Shown here: positions 52,137 through 60,764 of the stretch, piece after piece
Layout: every line of letters begins with the position of its first letter
Position numbering within the stretch: position 1 is the first letter of the stretch
Assembly (NCBI GenBank): GCA_016794615.1
Contig: JAEUJO010000140.1
Span: 14,638 to 78,637 of the forward strand
Length of the DNA: 64,000 nucleotides
Direction: 5' to 3'
Source: Pseudonocardia sp.
Lineage (GTDB): Bacteria > Actinomycetota > Actinomycetes > Mycobacteriales > Pseudonocardiaceae
The notes under the pieces: generated by a model
Told to the model about the DNA's origin: nothing
The model's database searches: none
What the model saw: the letters and a program-made list of their open reading frames with translations, nothing else
Position numbers and translations under genes: made by a program

Positions 52137-52430
52137 TCACCACCACGTGCCAGGCGTGCATGGTGGGTCGATGGGCCTGCGTGCCTGTGCCGCGCCGGCC
52201 TTGCGGTTGCAGCTCGCGTGCTCGGGCCCGCTGTACTCCCGCTTGCCCGAGCCGTCCACGTGCCCAAGGTCCCACGGCTGGCCGGGCTGGATCAGCTCCC
52301 CGCATGTGTCGCGGTGACAGCGCACCCCGCCCGTGGCCACCACTGGCGCCCACCGTGCACGCAACCGCTGGTGGTAGCTGCCATACCCGCGGCGGGTGGT
52401 AGCGCCAGCGCTGCGGCGGTGGTCACCCAC
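52137..52430 (-). CDS. HNH endonuclease, gp74-like packaging cofactor
   Basis: RGYGSYHQRLR, C..CG, WDLGH, GPEHASCNRKAG; immediately upstream of terS. Confidence 0.88.
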   Translation of the reverse strand: MGDHRRSAGATTRRGYGSYHQRLRARWAPVVATGGVRCHRDTCGELIQPGQPWDLGHVDGSGKREYSGPEHASCNRKAGAAQARRPIDPPCTPGTWW

Positions 52431-52435
52431 GGCGG

Positions 52436-53200
52436 TCAGGCAGCCAGGCGTTGGGCCAGCAGGTCAGCCACCTTGGCGGCCAGGGCGTCCAGGTCCACCC
52501 CGCCTGCGCTCAGCCCGTCGATGCGCTGGGCCAGGTCACCCACGGACTCGGACACCAGCGCGAGCCCACGCTGGACGTCGGCCACCCGGTGCTCGGTGCC
52601 CACCAGGATCTGCGCGGCCTGCACGGTGTCGCCGAATGCGTTGCGGATCGGGGCAGTCCACACCTCGGCTGCGGTCACGTCGTCCTCCACGTTGCTCAGT
52701 GCCGCGCGGAACGCAGCAAGGTCCAGGTTGGGGTCGACCTTGCGGCCGGCCGGCGCGGCGACCTCCCGGTGGCCGAGCACGCGCGAGTAGGGCACGCCGT
52801 AGTAGTCGGCCAGGGCGCGGGCGCCGGCCACGTAACTGGCGTACTGCGCCGGCGGCCAGGCATCCACGCCGGTGGCCTCGGCCTCGATGCCGATGGCGTG
52901 CGCGTTGCCCTGCCACGGCTCGAACACCACGCCGGCGTGGTAGCTCAGGCCGGCGGCGACCACGTACCAGGTGCCCGAGCGCCCGAGCACCAGCTGCGCG
53001 AGCGGGCCGGCGAGTCCGGGCCGGCCGGTGGTGACGGTCGCCAGCGAGGGCGCCTCTCCGGTCGCAGGGCCGGCGGTGTGGTGCAGCACGACGCACGACA
53101 CGGACGACATGGGCCCGTGGCCGCGGGTCTGCCAGCCGGCCACCTCCTGCGCCGGGAGGCCGGCGCGGCGCAGGACGTCGGCCAGCTCGGTGAGCATCAT
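52436..53200 (-). CDS. Endolysin, N-acetylmuramoyl-L-alanine amidase (Amidase_2)
   Basis: VVLHHTA, YHAG, IGIEAE, GHREVA and KVDP; coiled-coil C-terminal tail. Confidence 0.9.
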   Translation of the reverse strand: MMLTELADVLRRAGLPAQEVAGWQTRGHGPMSSVSCVVLHHTAGPATGEAPSLATVTTGRPGLAGPLAQLVLGRSGTWYVVAAGLSYHAGVVFEPWQGNAHAIGIEAEATGVDAWPPAQYASYVAGARALADYYGVPYSRVLGHREVAAPAGRKVDPNLDLAAFRAALSNVEDDVTAAEVWTAPIRNAFGDTVQAAQILVGTEHRVADVQRGLALVSESVGDLAQRIDGLSAGGVDLDALAAKVADLLAQRLAA

Positions 53201-53334
53201 CGGTCGTCGCCCTCGCCGTCGAGCTGGTCCGCCAGCGCCTGCTCCAGTTCCTCGGCCCGGGTGGGGCGGCGGCCGTGCGGCCCGGCGGCGCTGCTGCGGC
53301 GGCGTTCCTGCACCGCGCGGGTCCGGCCGTCCAT
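53197..53334 (-). CDS. 45-aa basic peptide upstream of the lysin (absent from the ORF track)
   Basis: MDGRTRAVQERRRSSAAGPHGRRPTRAEELEQALADQLDGEGDDR; its TGA overlaps the lysin ATG. Confidence 0.55.
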   Translation of the reverse strand: MDGRTRAVQERRRSSAAGPHGRRPTRAEELEQALADQLDGEGDDR

Positions 53335-53398
53335 GGACCCATGATCTCAGATGGTGGGACGGCGCCACCCCCCAGCCACGGCGACGGGCGGCGGCGAG

Positions 53399-53563
53399 GT
53401 CCTGACCAGCTGTGTTACGGGTGTTACGGGGTCTCCAGTTCCTCTGGTGAACTATGCGCACGCGCAGGCATGTGGCCGAGCGCGCGTAGTAGCTACTTGC
53501 AACAGAGGTATACACACGGGGAACGGGGAACCCCGTAACACCCGTAACACAGCTGGTCAGGAC
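53399..53563. repeat. 33-bp perfect inverted repeat with internal iterons, candidate replication origin
   Basis: GTCCTGACCAGCTGTGTTACGGGTGTTACGGGG (53399-53431) and its exact reverse complement (53531-53563), just downstream of the helicase gene. Confidence 0.8.
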
Positions 53564-53620
53564 GTCGAAGGGCCCCGCAGCCGAGGTTGGCTACGGGGCC
53601 CTCCAGAGCCGGTGCTGCGG

Positions 53621-55471
53621 TTAGAACGAGCTGGCGTCCCCGGCTACCACCCGCAGGTGCCGGTCCTCCTGCTCGCCGCCGTTCTGCTCGGCCTCGGACA
53701 GGAAGCGGATGCCGCGCCACACCCGCGCCGTCTTGCCGGGCATCACGTACGGGGTGGCCCGCTCATCCGCGTGCGGGTCGCGCTGCGCGTCGCCCCACTT
53801 GTTCGGCACTGGCGCGGGCGGCAGCTCGCGGCGGGACTCCACGTCGCCGGCCTTGCACCGGAACACCTTGGACTCGGACTCCACGCCGAACGCAGCTTTG
53901 AGCGACGCCGGAAACCGCTGGTTGATCAGCTTCTGCGACCACTCGCGCTTGCCCTGGCCGGTCAGGAAGTCGTCGAACGCCCGCCGCAGCATGTCCCCGG
54001 TGATGAAGGTGGAGGCATCGGCCGGGGCCAGCCGCTCGGTGGCGAACTGGAAGGCCACATCGCTGTCCGAGCGCCACTCTCGGGTTGCCTGGGTCACCGG
54101 CGCCGGGTCGTCCACGGGGTTGTCCCGCTGCGCGTACCAGGCCATGGCGCCCTTGACTACCCACGCCAGCGCGGCGGCTGGGACGGTGGCCCCGTGCTGC
54201 ATGTACGGCCGCAGGGTCTTGTCACCCGGCAGCTCATGCGCGGCGAGCACCTGGCCCGGCTGGGCCTTCACGAACGTGAACGGCCACGGCATTTTCTTCA
54301 ACCGCCGCCAGGTGGCGTGGTCGGTGGCGTCCACCTGCGGCTGGTGGTTGGTGTTGATGAACAGCGAGTGCGTGGGCTTGAACTCCACCGTGTCCTGCCG
54401 CATGTGCCGCGCCTTGATCTTGGGCGTGCCCACGATGGTCTTCAGCCGGTGGGTGTCCAGGTGGCCCTCCTCGGCGGTCTCCTCCATGAGGGCGAGCCGG
54501 GCGCCGCGCAGGTCCATCAGCTCGGTGGGGTGCTGCCCCGGCTGCGCGAGCAGTACCCGGTCAGACACCAGCGTGTAGTACGTGCCGGCGGCCCGGGTCA
54601 TGGCCTCCATCACCGTGCTCTTGCCGTTCTCGCCGCCGCCGGTGGACAGCACCAGGCTGTCATCGTCGGGCGTGTGGCCGGTCATGGCCTGACCCATGCG
54701 CATCTGGAACCACTCGCGGCAGTCCGCCCCCACGGCGTTCAGGGCCTGCTCGAACCGCTCGCACCGCGCCGCCGGGTCGTAGTCCCCGCCGGCCAGGTGG
54801 GTGATCAGCAGCTCGGGGTCGTGCGGCCGCAGCTCGCCGGTGCGCAGGTCCACCACGCCGTTGTGGCAGTTGAGCAGGTCGTGGTGGGTGTCCAGCTCGG
54901 CTGCGTCGGTCAGCACGCCGTCCAGCCGCCGGCACAGCTTGGTCACGTTGCCGATCTTGGACTCTTGCAGCAGGTTCAGCCAGATGTCCGCCTGCACGCG
55001 GGCCTCCCGCAGCTCGCGGCTCAGCTCGGCGTGCCGCTCGGCCTCCTCCTCGGTGGCGTAGGTGGCCAGCAGCTTGGCCAGGGCCTTGTCTGGCCGGTCG
55101 TCGGTCCGCGCGGCCTCCACCTCGGCGGCCGGTGCGCGGCCCAGGATCTCGCCTTCCAGGTCGTCCACGGCCTGCTGAAGCTTGACGATCTCGGCGCGCA
55201 GGTCCTTCTCGGTGCGGTCGAGGAACAGCCGCACGGCCTCCCGGGCGCGTTCCTCGCACGCCGGGCCAGTCAGCCAGCGGGTGCCGTCCCATGCCAGCCA
55301 GCCGAGCCCGGGGGCGTACCGGAACTTGCCGAGGATGACGCGCGGGGCCACCTCGTCGGCGGCGCGGGACTCGGCGCCGTGGGTCTTGGCCAGCTTGGTG
55401 AGCGTGCCGGGCGCCGGGTCGGTGCCCTCCTGCGCGGCCTTCAGCAGGTCATCGAACAGGGATTCGGACAT
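53621..55471 (-). CDS. P4-family primase-associated SF3 helicase (D5-like)
   Basis: WLAWDGTRW, LLNCHNGVVDLRTG, Walker A GGGENGKST, LMDLRGARL, INTNHQP and TWRRL. Confidence 0.92.
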   Translation of the reverse strand: MSESLFDDLLKAAQEGTDPAPGTLTKLAKTHGAESRAADEVAPRVILGKFRYAPGLGWLAWDGTRWLTGPACEERAREAVRLFLDRTEKDLRAEIVKLQQAVDDLEGEILGRAPAAEVEAARTDDRPDKALAKLLATYATEEEAERHAELSRELREARVQADIWLNLLQESKIGNVTKLCRRLDGVLTDAAELDTHHDLLNCHNGVVDLRTGELRPHDPELLITHLAGGDYDPAARCERFEQALNAVGADCREWFQMRMGQAMTGHTPDDDSLVLSTGGGENGKSTVMEAMTRAAGTYYTLVSDRVLLAQPGQHPTELMDLRGARLALMEETAEEGHLDTHRLKTIVGTPKIKARHMRQDTVEFKPTHSLFINTNHQPQVDATDHATWRRLKKMPWPFTFVKAQPGQVLAAHELPGDKTLRPYMQHGATVPAAALAWVVKGAMAWYAQRDNPVDDPAPVTQATREWRSDSDVAFQFATERLAPADASTFITGDMLRRAFDDFLTGQGKREWSQKLINQRFPASLKAAFGVESESKVFRCKAGDVESRRELPPAPVPNKWGDAQRDPHADERATPYVMPGKTARVWRGIRFLSEAEQNGGEQEDRHLRVVAGDASSF

Positions 55472-56784
55472 CAGGCGGCGCTCGCATTCGCGTTCAGGAT
55501 GGCGCCCAGCGCCAGCTTCAGGGTGGTCTTGGGGGAGCTGGCGTCCATGACGCCGTGGTGGCGGTGGCCGTCGATGAGGGCGCGCACGGCGGCCTCGGCC
55601 GGGTAGTGGCCGGCGATGGACTCGCTGATCAGGTGCCAGGCGTGGTGGTGGAGCAGGTCCGCGGGGTCGGCCTTCATCCAGGTCACGCGCCGCCCGAGCC
55701 GGGCGGGGTCGGTGTAGCGGGTGAACGTGGCCAGGTACGTCTCCACGTCCGCGTCGTCGGCGGGCGGCACCTGCGGCATCGGCTGCGCCGTGGCGCCCTG
55801 CGGGCCCCGGTAGCTGCCGCCCTGGAAGAACCCGCGGGGCTCGGCGGGCTTGACCGGCTTCTGCTGCGCGATGGTGGCGCAGGCCCGCAGCAGGCTGGTG
55901 GCCTCACCAGCCGGACGCCCGGCGGTGGCCAGGTAGCCGGTGAAGCGGTCCCACAGCAGATCGAGCAGCACGCGGACGCCGGTGTGGCCCTCGCGCCCGA
56001 GCATGAGCGCGTGCACGGCGGCGTCCTTGAACTCGTCGTGGCCGACGTGCTGAGCGGGTGCCGCCCACCGGTTCATAACGTGGCGGACCAGGCCGTCCGG
56101 CTCGCCCTCGGGGAAGCTGGCGACCAGGGCGCGCAGGTCCACCGTGTCCACGCTCTTGTCCACGTTGCCCGCCGTGCCGCGCAGCGCGGCGAACCACTCG
56201 GCGGGCAGCTCGGGGAACACCTCGGCGCGCGGGTAGCGGGTGGTGCGCTCGCCCCACGTGGGCGGCACGCCGGGCTCGCCCGGGAGGTACCAGGCGTACT
56301 CGGCGCCGGTGTCGGGGTGCACCGAGGGTGCGCACACCGTGTAGCGGTGGTGCCAGCAGCACAGCTCCACCGACTTGCACGGCTTGGTCTTCAGCCGCAC
56401 GTCCTCGGGGATGCGGTAGACGTACTGCCGCGACGGGCTGTCGTCGCCCCGCGCCGTGCTGGACCAGGTGGCGGGCAGCGGCGGCAGGCCGCGCTCGGCG
56501 GCGAACGCGGCGAGCTGGGCCACCCCGTCCTTGTCGCCGTAGCCGTGGTCCACGTCGATGGCGAGCGTGAGCTGGTGGCGCAGCCCGATGTTGTCCATGC
56601 GGTGCCCGCGCCCTGCCTTGGCGCGCTTCACCGGGTCCGAGTCCAGCCAGGCTGCCACCTTGGCCGGCGTCACGGTGCCGTCGTAGCCGGTCGCGCCGCC
56701 GACGGGCCGGCTCTTGCCCTCCACGGGGATCGGCCACAGGTGGCCCATCTCGTAGATTTCGGCGGCGTCGTCGTAGGCGCCCAT
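55471..56784 (-). CDS. Bifunctional DNA primase/polymerase (Prim-Pol)
   Basis: WPIPVEGKSRP, NIGLR, AIDVD, LPATWSST and YTVCAPSVHP; TGATG-coupled to the helicase gene. Confidence 0.85.
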   Translation of the reverse strand: MGAYDDAAEIYEMGHLWPIPVEGKSRPVGGATGYDGTVTPAKVAAWLDSDPVKRAKAGRGHRMDNIGLRHQLTLAIDVDHGYGDKDGVAQLAAFAAERGLPPLPATWSSTARGDDSPSRQYVYRIPEDVRLKTKPCKSVELCCWHHRYTVCAPSVHPDTGAEYAWYLPGEPGVPPTWGERTTRYPRAEVFPELPAEWFAALRGTAGNVDKSVDTVDLRALVASFPEGEPDGLVRHVMNRWAAPAQHVGHDEFKDAAVHALMLGREGHTGVRVLLDLLWDRFTGYLATAGRPAGEATSLLRACATIAQQKPVKPAEPRGFFQGGSYRGPQGATAQPMPQVPPADDADVETYLATFTRYTDPARLGRRVTWMKADPADLLHHHAWHLISESIAGHYPAEAAVRALIDGHRHHGVMDASSPKTTLKLALGAILNANASAA

Positions 56785-57125
56785 CACGCGGCCCACCGGA
56801 GGAGGTCCCGGTCCCAGCCCAGCGTCATCGCGGCGTAGACGGGCTCGCCGTCGATGTGGTGGCCGAGTGCGGCCGCGGCCTCGGCGAACGCCGTGGCGTA
56901 CTGCCAGCCGATGAACCACTGCCGGCCCAGGCTCCACCACTCGCGGCGGTCCGCCGGGACGATGGCCTTCAGCAGCTTGGTCAGCTCCCAGTCGTAGGGG
57001 AAGCTGACGGCCACGTGGCCGTCGGGCCGGCGGCGCAGGGTCACGGTCTTGCAGCCGCGGGGGTGGCCTGCGGCGTTGCCGCGGGTAGACTGGTGTGCAG
57101 TCACAGGGGTCTCTCCTGTGGTCAC
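56784..57125 (-). CDS. Hypothetical protein (HARP-like small domain)
   Basis: VAVSFPYDWELTKLLKAIVP..REW..RQW; coupled to Prim-Pol. Start uncertain. Confidence 0.65.
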   Translation of the reverse strand: MTTGETPVTAHQSTRGNAAGHPRGCKTVTLRRRPDGHVAVSFPYDWELTKLLKAIVPADRREWWSLGRQWFIGWQYATAFAEAAAALGHHIDGEPVYAAMTLGWDRDLLRWAA

Positions 57126-57207
57126 GGCGGGTCCGGGCGTTCGCGGCGCCAGGGCCCGCCTTTTGCTTGCCGGCCTGTGGGGAGTCAGGCGGCGGTCGTG
57201 CGGCCGC

Positions 57208-57381
57208 TCAGGCGGCGTCCGTGAGCGCGCTGCCTGCTGCGCTGGCGGGGTCGTGCGGGGTGCGGGTCTGTCCGTAGGTGCGGCGGATGAGGCCGAGCTG
57301 GGCGACGGACAGCGGCCAGGGCTCGGCCATCTGCTCGGCCACCCACTGGTCGATGGCCTCGGCGTCCTGCTGCGTGATCAC
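57208..57381 (-). CDS. Small hypothetical protein
   Basis: VITQQDAEAIDQWVAEQMAEPWPLSVAQLGLIRR; GTGA overlap with the upstream HTH gene. Confidence 0.6.
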   Translation of the reverse strand: MITQQDAEAIDQWVAEQMAEPWPLSVAQLGLIRRTYGQTRTPHDPASAAGSALTDAA

Positions 57382-57593
57382 GCCGCGGCTGCCTTGGCGT
57401 CGATCCACGCGCGGACGTCGCTGAGCCGGTACCGCACGTACTTGCCCAGCCGGATGGCGCGCGGCCCGGTGCCCTCGGCGGTCCACTTGCGCACGCTGCG
57501 GGCGGGGATGCCGCCGAGCAGGGCGCACAGCTCGGACTGCGTCAGGAGCCGGTCCTGGTCCTCGCCGGGTGCGATCGGGGCGATCGTCTCCAT
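57378..57593 (-). CDS. AlpA/excisionase-like HTH protein (Cro/Xis/RDF candidate)
   Basis: LLTQSELCALLGGIPARSVRKW..GTGPRAIRLGKYVRYRLSDVRAWI; divergent from the repressor; GGAGGA SD. Confidence 0.88.
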   Translation of the reverse strand: METIAPIAPGEDQDRLLTQSELCALLGGIPARSVRKWTAEGTGPRAIRLGKYVRYRLSDVRAWIDAKAAAA

Positions 57594-57683
57594 CGGGTCC
57601 TCCTGTCGGGTGTCATCGGCCGTTAGCGGCCAACGCGGACGACAGTAGCACGATCATCCGCTAGCAGACTCCATTAGAGCACG

Positions 57684-57760
57684 ACACTTAGTGTGTTCTA
57701 GAACACGGCAGTTCCCAGGCAACCCGGCGGGTCTTGTGGCTGTTGTCGGCCACTAGTGGC
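57684..57760. promoter_or_regulatory. Palindromic operators in the divergent repressor/Cro switch
   Basis: ACAC-TTA-GTGT (57684-57694), perfect GTGTTCTAGAACAC (57693-57706) and perfect GCCACTAGTGGC (57749-57760). Confidence 0.65.
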
Positions 57761-57772
57761 ACCATTCGCGCC

Positions 57773-58267
57773 ATGAGCGAGGGGACCGGCCCAACGGCCG
57801 ACGACTGGAAGCGCCTGGGTAAGGCCATCGAGGACCGACGGTTTGAGCGCGGCCTGTCGCAGGAACAGCTCGTGAAGCGTGGCGGCCCGAGCCACCAGAC
57901 CGTCCGCAACATCGAGCGCGGCCTGGTGGCCGACTACCGGCCCACCACGTTCCGCAAGCTGGACCGCGCGCTGGACTGGCTGGACGGCACCAGCGAGAAA
58001 ATCCTGCGCGGCACCGCCACCGAGGACGACATTGCCGGCGTGTGGGTGCGGGCCGGCTCGGGCGATGAGCGCGTACAGATCACCCCCGACGGCCGGCCGC
58101 TGGGGCGCGTGGTCGATGCCGGCCCGATCCCTGGCGCCGAACTTGCAGACGACGTGCGCGCGCTCATGCAACGGCTGGCGACCGAGCCATGGGTGCCGGG
58201 CACCAGCGAGGCTGTCATTGCGCTGGTCCGGCTGCTCGGCGAGCTGGAGGGCAGCGAGCGCGGATAG
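57773..58267 (+). CDS. XRE-family repressor (immunity repressor candidate)
   Basis: LGKAIEDRRFERGLSQEQLVKRGGPSHQTVRNIERG..TFRKLDRALDW; no SD, probably leaderless. Confidence 0.88.
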   Translation: MSEGTGPTADDWKRLGKAIEDRRFERGLSQEQLVKRGGPSHQTVRNIERGLVADYRPTTFRKLDRALDWLDGTSEKILRGTATEDDIAGVWVRAGSGDERVQITPDGRPLGRVVDAGPIPGAELADDVRALMQRLATEPWVPGTSEAVIALVRLLGELEGSERG

Positions 58268-58291
58268 GTGAGCTGCCCTGACCGACCAGTC

Positions 58292-58478
58292 AGGGAGGCA
58301 GACGGGGAGGCTCCCCGGCGCGCGAAAACGGGGCCCGCAGAGGTGATCTGCGGGCCCCGCATTTTGCCTCCCCAGCCTCCCCGCCGCAGGTCAGCGTGTG
58401 GAGGGAGGCTGGGGAGGCGCTGGGGAACCCTCCCCAGCCGGGGGCCTGCCTCCCCGGCTGCCTCCCCGCTGCCTCCCC
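58292..58478. repeat. Cluster of GGGGAGGC/GCCTCCCC 8-mers, clt-like locus
   Basis: Seven perfect copies (58304, 58366, 58375, 58411, 58448, 58460, 58471) and three 7/8 copies (58292, 58402, 58428), ending 4 nt from the traB stop. Confidence 0.85.
58325..58365. terminator. Bidirectional intrinsic terminator between repressor and traB
   Basis: AAAA-CGGGGCCCGCAGA-GGTGA-TCTGCGGGCCCCG-CA-TTTT. Confidence 0.8.
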
Positions 58479-58482
58479 AAGG

Positions 58483-60762
58483 TCAGGCGGCCGTGTCGCG
58501 CCGCCGGAACGCCGCGTCCACGTCCTCGGCGAGCACGTACATCCGACCGCCGGACAGCTTGCGCGGCTCCACGCCCTCGGCCCGCAGCCGGGCGCTGAGC
58601 GCCTTGGCGTCGAACGTCGCGGCGCCGTACTCGGCCGGGCTCTCCTGCGCGAGCAGCTTCAGCAGCGTGGTGGTGGTGACCCGGTCCTCGCCGTCCATCA
58701 CCTCGGCGACGTCGGCCAGGAAGTCCACCACCGTGGCGTCCTCGGCCGCCGCGCCGCCGCCGTTCGGGTCCACCGGGCCGCCGCGCAGCTCGATGGCCCG
58801 CCGCGCCACGTCGGTGGCCGCGTCCCCGTCGATGTAGTGCGTGCGGACGATGACCGACGACTGGCCCGGCTCCAGCTCGAAACCCTCGCCATTGAGCACC
58901 AGCACGCCCTTGTCGATGCCCGGCCGCAGCTTGTGCGGCGCGCCGCCACCGTCCACGGCCTTGGCGCCGATGGCCATCCGCGCCTGCTCCTCGGTGCCGA
59001 TGGGCAGGCAACCGCGGATGTGCGCGGCCTCGCGGATCAGCTTGGGCAGGTTCTCGTTCGTCGGGTCCTGCGTGCCCAGCCACAGCGTGACGTTGACCGC
59101 GCGACCCTGGTTGAGAATCTTGCGGGCGGCGTTGAAGAACCGGCTGGTGGCCTTGGTGCCGCCATACGGGCGCTTGTCCAGGCCGATGACCGGGCACATG
59201 AACGCCACCTGCGCCTCGTCCACGATGGCGGCCAGCGGGTGGAACCCGCTGCCCTTGCGTCGGGCCAGGTCGCGCGTCACGCCGTTGGGGAACTCCTCCT
59301 TGTCCAGGGCGCCCAGCCGGCGCTCCATCTCGGCCACCACGCCCTCCAGCATCTCGGTGGCCGCCACCACGTGCTCGTCCGCCGGGCCCTCGATCAGCAC
59401 CGTGGTCAGGCCGCCGAACATGTGCCAGTCGCCGATGCCCTTCAGGTCGGCCACGCGCAGCTCGGTGACCTTGTCCAGCGCCCACCACAGCGCGAGCGCG
59501 CGCAGCGCGGCGGTCTTGCCCTGGTTGGACAGGCCGGTGAGCAGGATGTGCCGCTGGTGCAGGCTGAGCGCGCCGAGGTCGCCGCGCATCGTCTGGCCCC
59601 ACGGCACCCGGCCGCCGTAGGTGTCGGCCTTCAGCGTCTCGTCCAGGACCAGGGGCGACGGCGGCAGCGGCTTGTCCAGCTCGCCCGGGTCGGCGGCCCA
59701 GAACCGGATGGTCCGAGGCGCCGGGACGGACATGAACAGCTCGTGCTCGTGGCGCTCCACGTTCTCGGCGGCCTTCCGGCGCCGCTTCATGATCTCCTCG
59801 GTGGACACGCCCGACGGCAGCCGCGCGTCCCACTCGGTCCCGCACCCGGCCACGCGGATCGGCGAGAGCATCCCGCCGGCCGTGTCGGTGGCCATCATGA
59901 CCTCGATGGCCTTCCGCAGCGGCGCAATGCCCAGGTCGCGCAGCATCAGCACGGCCTTGTGGGGGGTGATGTCGGCGCCGAGCGCGGCGGCCTGTGCCTT
60001 GGTCAGCAGGAACTTGGGCGCGTTCACGGCCCGGTCGCCCTCGCGCCACGACCAGATCAGCAGGATCGGCAGCGCGGCCCAGGCGCCGAGGATGGCGGCC
60101 CACTGCACGGCCCAGGCGATGCACTGGATCACGTCGTTGACGAACGCCCACCAGGACAGGAAGTCCCAGTCCGGACACGTCGCCCGGACTGCCGGGTCGG
60201 GGTCGCCGCACTCGGGCGAGGTATTCGGGGTGAGCTGCGCGGCGAGCGAGATCAGCAGATTCACGATCAGGAGCACGGCGACGATCAGGCCGAGCACGGC
60301 GCCGGCCATCAGCACCTGCTTGGGCAACGAGAGCAGGTGTGCCCGCCGGTCCGCCTTGGCCTTGGTCAGCGAGTCCAGCGCCCGGGTGGCGGCGTCGTGC
60401 TGCCCGGTCTGGTGCAGCGCGGCGATCGTGGTCTTGTGGGTCTTGTAGGTGAGCGCGCCCATGAAGCGGACCGCCCACGACTTCCACCCGGCGCCGATGG
60501 TCCACAGGACCCGGGCGAGCGCGCGGCCCCAGTCGTCCAGCGCGTGGCCGGTCTTGGCCATCGGCGCGGAGTGCACGACTGTGCCGACGATGTGGGCGGC
60601 CTGCTGCGTGCGCGTGCGCCGCGGCTCGATGTCGGCCCGGTCGGTCGGACGGACGACTACGGCGCGGGTGCGCGCCGGCGCGCGGGTGCCGAGCTTGCGC
60701 CGGATGATGCCCGGCCCGTGCTCGGCGTCCAGCTTTTCGGTGTCGCGGATCAGGTCGTCCAT
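58483..60762 (-). CDS. traB: TraB-type FtsK/SpoIIIE conjugative DNA translocase
   Basis: N-terminal TM pair, Walker A TGLSNQGKT, DLKG, Walker B IVDEAQ, LGTQDP and C-terminal winged helix (FLADVAEVMDGEDRVTTTTLL); next to an spd-like gene and 8-mer repeats. Confidence 0.88.
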   Translation of the reverse strand: MDDLIRDTEKLDAEHGPGIIRRKLGTRAPARTRAVVVRPTDRADIEPRRTRTQQAAHIVGTVVHSAPMAKTGHALDDWGRALARVLWTIGAGWKSWAVRFMGALTYKTHKTTIAALHQTGQHDAATRALDSLTKAKADRRAHLLSLPKQVLMAGAVLGLIVAVLLIVNLLISLAAQLTPNTSPECGDPDPAVRATCPDWDFLSWWAFVNDVIQCIAWAVQWAAILGAWAALPILLIWSWREGDRAVNAPKFLLTKAQAAALGADITPHKAVLMLRDLGIAPLRKAIEVMMATDTAGGMLSPIRVAGCGTEWDARLPSGVSTEEIMKRRRKAAENVERHEHELFMSVPAPRTIRFWAADPGELDKPLPPSPLVLDETLKADTYGGRVPWGQTMRGDLGALSLHQRHILLTGLSNQGKTAALRALALWWALDKVTELRVADLKGIGDWHMFGGLTTVLIEGPADEHVVAATEMLEGVVAEMERRLGALDKEEFPNGVTRDLARRKGSGFHPLAAIVDEAQVAFMCPVIGLDKRPYGGTKATSRFFNAARKILNQGRAVNVTLWLGTQDPTNENLPKLIREAAHIRGCLPIGTEEQARMAIGAKAVDGGGAPHKLRPGIDKGVLVLNGEGFELEPGQSSVIVRTHYIDGDAATDVARRAIELRGGPVDPNGGGAAAEDATVVDFLADVAEVMDGEDRVTTTTLLKLLAQESPAEYGAATFDAKALSARLRAEGVEPRKLSGGRMYVLAEDVDAAFRRRDTAA

Positions 60763-60764
60763 GG

